Shown here piece after piece: positions 1-5,844 of a stretch of 13,591 nt of DNA. Position 1 is the stretch's first letter, and every line of letters begins with the position of its first letter. Source of the DNA: Candidatus Sericytochromatia bacterium (lineage in GTDB: Bacteria; Cyanobacteriota; Sericytochromatia; UBA7694); the NCBI GenBank assembly GCA_050248915.1, contig JBFWRL010000156.1, positions 1-13,591 on the forward strand, written 5' to 3'. Both the position numbers and the translations under genes were made by a program. Below the pieces are notes generated by a model. It ran no database searches, was not told where the DNA came from, and saw nothing but the letters and a program-made list of their open reading frames with translations.

Positions 1-736
1 TGCCTTTGTTTTCTTCAAGCACCACGACGCGGCTGTTTTCGTGAACAAACAAAAATCCGGGCCCCTGAAAAGCCCAATCTTTGCCCGATTGTTTTTTCCA
101 ATTGCGGCGGGCCCAAGCTGGAATTTCGGTGGGGTGGGACAAATCGGCAAAAAAACGGCCACTCCATTCGGTCCAATCTAAACCCAGGAGTTTTTCCAGG
201 CGTTGACGGGCCGGGCCTTTGGTGGGTGAGGCAAAGGTATTAAATTCGGCGATCAGGGCTTTGCCTTCTCCCACAAAGTTTTCAATCAAACCCACTTCCC
301 GTTCGTCAAAGCCCCCATAGATTTTGGGGCTATAATCAGGGGCTTTTTCGCGGCGGGCCTCCGCTTTGTCTTGGCGATAAACCCCATAGGTATCGGCCAC
401 AAACAGCAGGTCTTTGCCTTTGAGATCTTGGGCCATCAAATCCTCTGCTTTGGCTGGGGTTTTGCTGATGGGCTCTTCGGGGGTATAGCCCCTGTAATCA
501 ACTTCTTTATTCCACTTGCGGCCCTCAGGGTGGGGCACTTTAAAATGATTGAGGCTCCAGATCAGGGCCACATGCTCGCGAAAGCTGCGTTCGGGCACAG
601 TTTTATCGACAATGGTGAGGTGCAAGGGCAATGTGGGTTGCCAAGCCCAGTGAACACTGGGAGCGCCGAGCAAGAGCAAGATGCCCACAAGCGACAAACC
701 GGGAAGAATTTTTTTGCTGCGTTTCTGCGATGACAT
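1..736 (-). CDS. Exported hypothetical protein with an N-terminal signal peptide. Its C-terminus lies beyond the left window edge, so it is partial here.
   Basis: This gene is not in the ORF track because it has no in-window stop. Hand translation of the reverse complement from the ATG at ~736 gives an uninterrupted 245-codon frame. It begins MSSQKRSKKILPGLSLVGILLLLGAPSVHWAWQPTLPLHLTIVDK..., a basic n-region, hydrophobic core and AxA-like cleavage site. It ends ...FQGPGFLFVHENSRVVVLEENKG at position 1. The track's plus-strand ORF 371-733 (MAINPIGIGH...) is its shadow. I saw no convincing SD and did not recognise the family. Confidence 0.55.
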   Translation of the reverse strand, partial: MSSQKRSKKILPGLSLVGILLLLGAPSVHWAWQPTLPLHLTIVDKTVPERSFREHVALIWSLNHFKVPHPEGRKWNKEVDYRGYTPEEPISKTPAKAEDLMAQDLKGKDLLFVADTYGVYRQDKAEARREKAPDYSPKIYGGFDEREVGLIENFVGEGKALIAEFNTFASPTKGPARQRLEKLLGLDWTEWSGRFFADLSHPTEIPAWARRNWKKQSGKDWAFQGPGFLFVHENSRVVVLEENKG

Positions 737-780
737 GCTAATCAGAATACTGGAGTGCTGTGGGATTGTCTATCGGTTGA

Positions 781-1992
781 TTAGAGACGCTGAACCCGAT
801 AGCCTTTGTCTTCCAGTTCAGCCACTATTTCTAGGGCATGTTGATGATCGCGGGTCTCAATTTCAACCTCGATTTGGGTGGTGCCCAAGGGAATATCTGA
901 ACGAAAACGGGCATGTTCAATGTGTAAGACATTGGCTTTTTGACCGGCAAGCAGTTTTAATACTTTTTTGAGTGACCCCGGTGCATCTGCAATCAGGGTT
1001 TTAAAGGTCAAAAATCGGCCGGCCCGGTTCATGCCCTTGTTGATAATTGAATCCAGCAGTTTGACGTCGATATTGCCGCCGCTGAGAACCACCAAGGTGG
1101 GCCCAATTGCGGGCACTTTGCCGCTGAGCAAAGCTGCCAAACCAGCCACACCAGCCCCTTCTGCGATTACATGTTTGTATTGAATGGCAAAATAGAGGGC
1201 ATCACTCAATTCCTCTTCGGAAACCTGCACCATTTCATCGACGTATTGACACAAAACCTCAAAATTGCGCTGAGCGGGTTTTTTGATGGCGATCCCATCG
1301 GCAATGGTGGGGGCTGAGGGGGCGAGGATCAATTTTTTGCGCGCAAACGACTCATAGAGTGAAGCCGAAGCTCGGGCCTGCACACCAATGAGTCGAACCG
1401 AGGGCTTGAGGGTCTTGATTGCAATGGCGATGCCGGATAGCAAGCCACCGCCTCCCACTGGCACTACCACCGTTTCAACCGTCGGCAATTGCTCTAAAAT
1501 CTCCAGCCCGCACGAACCTTGACCTGTAATGATATCGTCGTCATCAAAAGGGCTGATAAAGGTAACGGGGTGGGATTCAAGCCATTCCATGGCATGATCT
1601 TTGGTTTCATCAAAGCTTTTTCCAATGCAAATGACCTCTGCGCCATAACTGCGGGTGGCTTGAACCTTGGCCAGCGGTGCATCAGCCGGCATAAAAACCG
1701 TACTGGAGATGCCTGTCATGCGACTGGCCAAAGCCACACCCTGGGCATGGTTACCGGCAGAAATGGCCATCACCTGTTTGACCTGGCCCTCTGCGGCCAA
1801 TTTGCGCAATTTATAAAAGGCCCCGCGAATTTTAAAAGAGCCCGTGCGCTGTAAGTTTTCAAGTTTGAGCCAAACAGGGGCACCCAAGATCTCGCTCAGG
1901 CGCATGGACTCCAAAATGGGGGTGACCCTGGCAACGGGCCGAATTTGGGTCTCGGCCTGTTGGATGGCTGCTAAATCTACCTGACAGATCAT
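781..1992 (-). CDS. ilvA: Threonine ammonia-lyase (threonine dehydratase), PLP-dependent, short form with a single C-terminal ACT-like regulatory domain.
   Basis: The 403-aa protein carries the conserved PLP-lysine motif GSFKIRGA near its N-terminus. It also has the glycine-rich loop VVPVGGGGLLSGIA and the ...SGGNID... motif typical of fold-type II PLP enzymes. The ~80-aa C-terminal ACT-like tail (LHIEHARFRSDIPLGTTQIEVEIETRDHQHALEIVAELEDKGYRV) fits an IlvA/TdcB-type enzyme. Its ATG overlaps the TGA of the upstream MMPL gene (ATGA). Confidence 0.9.
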   Translation of the reverse strand: MICQVDLAAIQQAETQIRPVARVTPILESMRLSEILGAPVWLKLENLQRTGSFKIRGAFYKLRKLAAEGQVKQVMAISAGNHAQGVALASRMTGISSTVFMPADAPLAKVQATRSYGAEVICIGKSFDETKDHAMEWLESHPVTFISPFDDDDIITGQGSCGLEILEQLPTVETVVVPVGGGGLLSGIAIAIKTLKPSVRLIGVQARASASLYESFARKKLILAPSAPTIADGIAIKKPAQRNFEVLCQYVDEMVQVSEEELSDALYFAIQYKHVIAEGAGVAGLAALLSGKVPAIGPTLVVLSGGNIDVKLLDSIINKGMNRAGRFLTFKTLIADAPGSLKKVLKLLAGQKANVLHIEHARFRSDIPLGTTQIEVEIETRDHQHALEIVAELEDKGYRVQRL

Positions 1993-4214
1993 GTGTGTTT
2001 ATCCCTTCGCTTTTCCGCTTCAGCCTTATTATACCCCGGTCGCCACCAATTCCAGCGGCCCAGTAACATCATAAAACTGGGCACCAAAAAGAGCCTCACA
2101 ACTGTGGCATCGAGTAAAATGGCCGCAGAGATACCGATGCAAATTTCTTGGGTTTGGGGCGAGCCCGAAAAGACACCCGGCAAGAAAACCCCCAGCAAAA
2201 TCAAAACGGCCCCGGTGATAACCGAACCGCTGCGGGCGAGGCCCTCTACCACGGCTTCCCGTACCGGTGCGCCGCGGTGATAATACTCCGAAATGCGGCT
2301 CAAAATGAGCACCTCATAGTCCATGCTCAACCCAAATATGATGCAAAAAAGCACCAAAGGCACAATATTGGTCACAGCACCATTGACGGGGGTATGTAAT
2401 AGTTCTGAGAACCAGCCCTGTTGAAAGACCAGGGTTAAGAGACCAAAGGCAGAGACGATCGGCAAAAAATTCATGATCGCCGCTTTCAGCGGCAAGATCA
2501 CCGTGCGCATGATAGCAAAGAGCAAGCCATAAATGCCGCCAAAGACCAGGGCCAACATCAGTGGGGCGTGACGGTAAAGCTCGTGGGTAAAGTCCTGCAC
2601 ACGGGCCACAACCCCGCCCGTTAACAGGGTGATTTCGGGGTGTTGAGCGGCATAAGCCCGCGTAAAACGGATGATTTTGCGTGTGTCTTCGAGTTCCATT
2701 GGATCGCTGGGCAAGATGTGCATCAGGCTCAGATTTTGGGCTTGGCTTATGTTTACCAGAGCGGCAATCCGGGGCTCGTTGTTTAAGAGTCCCAGCGCGC
2801 CCAGGTTGTTGTAGAGATTGAGATAATCGTTTGTTTCAAAGTCAGGATTCCAACTGACCAGACTTTTGACTTCTGCCACATAGGGCTCTTGGCGCAAGAC
2901 CTGGTAAAAGGCCGCCATTTTTTCCAAAAGTGCAGGTTCAAACACCGTCTGACCAGGGGGCGCTTTGACCACAAGGGTCACAGGCAAAAGTTCCCCGGCC
3001 CAGCCGTCTTTTTGCAATTGCTGGTAACCCAGCATCGATTCTGATTGCCGGGGTGCAACGGCCTGCACAGGTTCCCAGAGTTTCATCCAACTCACTGGCA
3101 GCGCGCAGAGTAACAGCAGCCCCGCTGAGAGCAGAAAATACCGCATGGGATGGCCCGTCACATGCTCAGAAAAGCGTTTCCAGCTCGGGTACGAGTCAAA
3201 TCGCCCTATCCATCGAGACAAAAAGCGCGGCCGATCTAAAAAGCGTTCACCCAGAGCCAACAGCGCTGGCAGCACCAATAGGGAATTGACCAGAGACAAG
3301 CCAATCACCATCAAAATGCCTTGCATCACCGTTCGGCTGAGAGAGACATCGGGTATCAGCAGCACCGCGATACTACAAAACATGATCAGCGCTGAAAATA
3401 AAACCGTTTCACCTGCCCATTTGAGGGTGATGGCCAAAGCCTGTTCAGCGCTTTTGCCCTGTTTACACTCCTCGCGAAAGCGGCTGACCAAAAACAGCGA
3501 ATAGTCAATGGCCAAGGCCAGTCCAACCAGGCCGGTTAAGATCCGGGAAACAGGGTTGGAGCCAAAACCGGGGAGTTTGAGCAGACTGTTGAGCAAAATC
3601 AGGGTTGAAGCCCCCATCAGCAAGGGCAAAAGCGCTGACGTCAAAGCCCCAAAATTCAGGATCAAAATCACAAAAGAAATGAGCAAAGCGATAGACTCCC
3701 CCCGATGAGAGTCTTTGTTCCCCTCTTGATGGGCATCGTACTGAAAAGCGGTATTGCCCGTCAGCCAGGTTTTAAAACCCGTTTGCTCAGACCAACGCTT
3801 TAAAAACGCGCGAATGGGGCCGCTCAGGGCTTGGGCTTCGGGCATGCGCAACCGGGAGTCAAACTCCAAGAGCAAGAGTTTGAATTGGTGGGAGCGGTTG
3901 CTATCGAGGTTGCGAATCGGCAGGAGCTGCGGGAAGCGTTTTTGCAAGGCCGGAATGAGGGCCTCAACGGGGGCCTGTTGGGGCAAGACCACTGCTGCGG
4001 TGCTGCCCAAGCGCAAGCCAAATTCCTCGCGCATCAGTTTGACCACCTCATAGGCCTCTGTGTCGCGGGCCCCACTGAGATCCACTTCGGGATTTTCGTG
4101 GGGGTTGAATTTCAAATTGAGCCCCGCCAAGACCAATGCAAATAACCAGACAAACAAAATGTAGACACGTTTTTGATAGAGAAAGCGGCTGAGGTGTTCG
4201 AGCAAAATTTGCAA
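1989..4214 (-). CDS. MMPL / RND-superfamily membrane transporter (HpnN-like) with two 6-TM bundles and two large periplasmic loops.
   Basis: The 741-aa protein has two hydrophobic blocks, each preceded by a long soluble loop. Both halves carry the MMPL/RND signature around a conserved Asp: GLALAIDYSLFLVSRFREE and FGLSMDYEVLILSRISEYY. The start is TTG at 4214, 7 nt downstream of a perfect SD (AAGGAG on the minus strand at ~4223-4228). An in-frame TAG lies 10 codons upstream, so no earlier ATG is available. Confidence 0.85.
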   Translation of the reverse strand: MQILLEHLSRFLYQKRVYILFVWLFALVLAGLNLKFNPHENPEVDLSGARDTEAYEVVKLMREEFGLRLGSTAAVVLPQQAPVEALIPALQKRFPQLLPIRNLDSNRSHQFKLLLLEFDSRLRMPEAQALSGPIRAFLKRWSEQTGFKTWLTGNTAFQYDAHQEGNKDSHRGESIALLISFVILILNFGALTSALLPLLMGASTLILLNSLLKLPGFGSNPVSRILTGLVGLALAIDYSLFLVSRFREECKQGKSAEQALAITLKWAGETVLFSALIMFCSIAVLLIPDVSLSRTVMQGILMVIGLSLVNSLLVLPALLALGERFLDRPRFLSRWIGRFDSYPSWKRFSEHVTGHPMRYFLLSAGLLLLCALPVSWMKLWEPVQAVAPRQSESMLGYQQLQKDGWAGELLPVTLVVKAPPGQTVFEPALLEKMAAFYQVLRQEPYVAEVKSLVSWNPDFETNDYLNLYNNLGALGLLNNEPRIAALVNISQAQNLSLMHILPSDPMELEDTRKIIRFTRAYAAQHPEITLLTGGVVARVQDFTHELYRHAPLMLALVFGGIYGLLFAIMRTVILPLKAAIMNFLPIVSAFGLLTLVFQQGWFSELLHTPVNGAVTNIVPLVLFCIIFGLSMDYEVLILSRISEYYHRGAPVREAVVEGLARSGSVITGAVLILLGVFLPGVFSGSPQTQEICIGISAAILLDATVVRLFLVPSFMMLLGRWNWWRPGYNKAEAEKRRDKHT

Positions 4215-4232
4215 AAGGGAACTCCTTGACGG

Positions 4233-4257
4233 GCTGAAATAGAAGGCCTTTTTCAGC
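4233..4257. promoter_or_regulatory. Inverted repeat GCTGAAA-N11-TTTCAGC, whose spacer contains the palindrome AAGGCCTT. It sits between the predicted -10 and the SD of the MMPL gene and is a candidate operator or 5'-UTR hairpin.
   Basis: I read it directly: gctgaaa (4233-4239) and tttcagc (4251-4257) are perfect reverse complements. On the minus strand a TTGAAT-N18-TAAAAT promoter-like element lies just upstream (plus-strand coordinates ~4259-4290). The SD and TTG start lie just downstream. Confidence 0.35.
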
Positions 4258-4300
4258 TATTTTTAATGCTAGCAGAAATTCGCATTCAAGGCTGGGGTTG

Positions 4301-4309
4301 TGGTATGAT
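4301..4309 (+). promoter_or_regulatory. Extended -10 promoter element TGgTATGAT for the downstream MshEN-domain gene. The -35 is weak, and the predicted leader is ~145 nt.
   Basis: The sequence tggtatgat matches the TGnTATAAT extended -10 with one hexamer mismatch. It faces the 4461 CDS and lies in the 245-bp divergent intergenic region shared with the MMPL operon. Confidence 0.4.
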
Positions 4310-4460
4310 GCAGCTGACGTTTTTTTAGCATACAGCTGAATGATAGGCTTGTGTTCACACTTGCGAAATTCAAATCGCGAAGTTTAATGCAAGCAGTTCA
4401 ATGCATTTGAGCGGATGACAAAAGCTGCATCACACCTCCTTGTGCGGAAAGGGACAGTAC

Positions 4461-5000
4461 ATGGAAAAACAAAAAGAACAGGACAATTGGGAGAAATTAA
4501 CCCGGGTCGAGCGCCTGGGTGAAATGTTGGTGCGGATTCACGCTCTCAAACTCTCTCAGCTCACCGAATTGATGCAGGAGCAGGAGCGCACAGGCAAACG
4601 CCTGGGTGAGTTGGCCGTTGAAAAAGGTTTCATCACCCAAGATGAGCACGTCGATTACCTGATCGCTCAGATTCGTGGCAGTCAAGTGGTCGATGATAGT
4701 CTGAGTGAACTCGGCCGCATGACCACCGAAGAAAAATGGGAACGCCTGTCTCAACACGAACGTCTCGGTGAAATTTTGATCAAACGCCAAGTGATTCGCC
4801 TGTCTGAGTTGGTAGAGGCAATTGAAATTCAGAAACAAAATCCCGAAAAACACCTGGGTGAAGTCCTGAAAGAAAAAGGCCTGATTTCCGAATCCGATTT
4901 GGATGAAGCCCTGCGGATGCAATTTCAACAAACCGAAACCCTGCGCAACACAATTGAAGAAATCCAAAGCGCACCTGCCAAAGACAAAGAGCCCACTTAA
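4461..5000 (+). CDS. Stand-alone protein of two tandem MshEN / T2SSE_N (GspE N-terminal) domains, a putative c-di-GMP receptor.
   Basis: I chose the ATG at 4461 because it is preceded by AAGGGA with a 6-nt spacer; the track ORF opens at a TTG at 4440. The protein holds four copies of the 24-residue MshEN motif RLGxx(L/I/V)(L/I/V)xxG(L/I/V)(L/I/V)xxxxLxxxLxxQ, arranged as two pairs. Pair one is RLGEMLVRIHALKLSQLTELMQEQ, the 5-residue spacer ERTGK, then RLGELAVEKGFITQDEHVDYLIAQ. Pair two is RLGEILIKRQVIRLSELVEAIEIQ, a spacer, then HLGEVLKEKGLISESDLDEALRMQ. Both modules are preceded by a WE(K/R)L...ERLGE segment. There is no ATPase domain. Confidence 0.75.
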   Translation: MEKQKEQDNWEKLTRVERLGEMLVRIHALKLSQLTELMQEQERTGKRLGELAVEKGFITQDEHVDYLIAQIRGSQVVDDSLSELGRMTTEEKWERLSQHERLGEILIKRQVIRLSELVEAIEIQKQNPEKHLGEVLKEKGLISESDLDEALRMQFQQTETLRNTIEEIQSAPAKDKEPT

Positions 5001-5055
5001 AGGAATTTCTCGTCTGATTGTTAGCCCTTGGATAGCCCGACAACGGCAGAGGCAA

Positions 5056-5649
5056 TTAAGGTTGCGTGAGCCGTAAACTTAGGCTTTTGGGTTCGTTGGA
5101 TGGATTTTTGGCTCGGGGGTAGGGTTTGACATCATTTAACGTCAGGGTGTAACCCCCCATTGCGGTAGACAAGATCTGTGCCTCTTTGCCTGGCAATTTT
5201 AAGTTGATACTTTCGCTGTTTTGGCCCTTTTTGAGCATTACCGTGACTGCGACTTCTCCCGCCCAAACACAGGTCACATCACTGGGGCAGCGTGAGTCTT
5301 GGGCCGCCGAAATCCAACTCAGTGCCAGATCCGTGTTTTTGAGCTGTGCAATTGAGCCAAATGGCAGATCAAAGGCTGTGTCCAATGCAACTTCAAACAG
5401 GGCTGGTACAGGTGTTGCTGTGACCTTTCCTGTCGGCGTTGGACTGCTGACCGGGACTACACTGGGGTTAATGCTGGGGCTTTGCCTTGGCAGGGGTGTT
5501 TCACTTTGGGCTGAGGCCTGGGCTGGGGGATTGGCCGTTGTACTCAGTGAGGGATGGGGGGGCGTTGGGCTACCTTGGCTGGTCGGTTCACACGCCTGCA
5601 GAGGTAAACTCAGCAATATCAGTAGGCAAGAAGCACCAATCCTGAACAT
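5056..5649 (-). CDS. Lipoprotein with a Pro/Ser/Thr-rich linker and a ~110-aa C-terminal domain of unknown function.
   Basis: The signal peptide MFRIGASCLLILLSLPLQAC ends in the lipobox L-Q-A-C. It is followed by a low-complexity linker (SQGSPTPPHPSLSTTANPPAQASAQSETPLPRQSPSINPSVVPVSSPTPTGKVTATPVPA). A globular tail follows, with two Cys (DSRCPSDVTC) that could form a disulfide. The gene is divergent from the MVP gene. Confidence 0.7.
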   Translation of the reverse strand: MFRIGASCLLILLSLPLQACEPTSQGSPTPPHPSLSTTANPPAQASAQSETPLPRQSPSINPSVVPVSSPTPTGKVTATPVPALFEVALDTAFDLPFGSIAQLKNTDLALSWISAAQDSRCPSDVTCVWAGEVAVTVMLKKGQNSESINLKLPGKEAQILSTAMGGYTLTLNDVKPYPRAKNPSNEPKSLSLRLTQP

Positions 5650-5770
5650 TTTGGGGGGGTCTCATTTCAACGAGATAATCCCCATTTTAGCATTTCTGCT
5701 GAGTTAAATAATAACACGTGAACATTCGGGCACTTTGAAGTGCCTAATTAAAGTGAGTCAGATCAGCATC

Positions 5771-5800
5771 TTGACAGCTGAAAATAAAATGTATAAAATA
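5771..5800 (+). promoter_or_regulatory. Sigma70-type promoter for the MVP gene: TTGACA (5771-5776), a 16-nt spacer, then TATAAA (5793-5798). The alternative -10 is TAAAAT with an 18-nt spacer.
   Basis: The -35 is a perfect consensus and the -10 is near-consensus, lying ~45-75 bp upstream of the ATG at 5845. The SD-like GAGGT sits 9 nt before the ATG. An upstream ATG at 5830 runs straight into a TAG, which confirms 5845 as the start. Confidence 0.6.
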
Positions 5801-5844
5801 CACTTGTAATCTGAATTTTGAACAAAACAATGAGGTAGCGTCCC

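Noticed and set aside
371-971. Track ORFs 371-733 (+) and 681-971 (+), which could be read as genes in the left 1 kb.
   Set aside because: They are shadow frames. The real coding strand is minus: a 245-codon open frame with a signal peptide for 1-736, and the ilvA homologue from 781. The translations (MAINPIGIGHKQQVFAFEILGHQ..., MPTSDKPGRIFLLRFCDDML...) have no protein-like features.
1993-4145. Plus-strand ORFs 1993-2280, 2148-2399, 3053-3289, 3145-3504, 3508-3708, 3754-4053 and 3831-4145, and minus-strand ORFs 2783-2974 and 3824-4021.
   Set aside because: All lie inside the MMPL transporter gene, in other frames or on the opposite strand. Their Arg/Ser/Pro-rich low-complexity translations are typical of antisense frames of a GC-balanced membrane-protein gene.
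4440-4460. A TTG start at 4440 for the MshEN protein (the track ORF opening) and an ATG start at 9657 for the repeat lipoprotein.
   Set aside because: In both cases a downstream ATG (4461 and 9693) has a well-placed SD (AAGGGA and AAGGAG). For the lipoprotein, 9657 sits inside the -10 element of its own predicted promoter, and the lipoprotein signal peptide begins cleanly at 9693.
5001-5055. Looked for a bidirectional terminator between the convergent MshEN gene (ends 5000) and the lipoprotein gene (ends 5056).
   Set aside because: I found only 3-4-bp imperfect dyads and no GC-rich stem followed by a T-run.
5556-5562. Homopolymer tracts as possible slipped-strand phase-variation switches: G7 at 5556-5562 and C8 at ~10845-10852, both within lipoprotein coding sequence, and G7 at 5653-5659, just upstream of the 5649 start.
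   Set aside because: Tracts of 7-8 nt are about as frequent as expected by chance in 13.6 kb of ~50% GC sequence. They encode Pro-Pro-Pro runs, which fit the Pro-rich linkers. Nothing else suggests a phase-variable pathogen-type locus.
5650-5844. Looked for a vault-RNA-like or other structured ncRNA around the MVP gene, and for tRNA or other RNA genes anywhere in the window.
   Set aside because: Intergenic regions are short and are accounted for by promoters, SDs and one terminator hairpin. No cloverleaf-compatible sequence, no pol-III-type elements (not expected in bacteria) and no extended conserved-looking structure were seen. This cannot be excluded without covariance-model scans.
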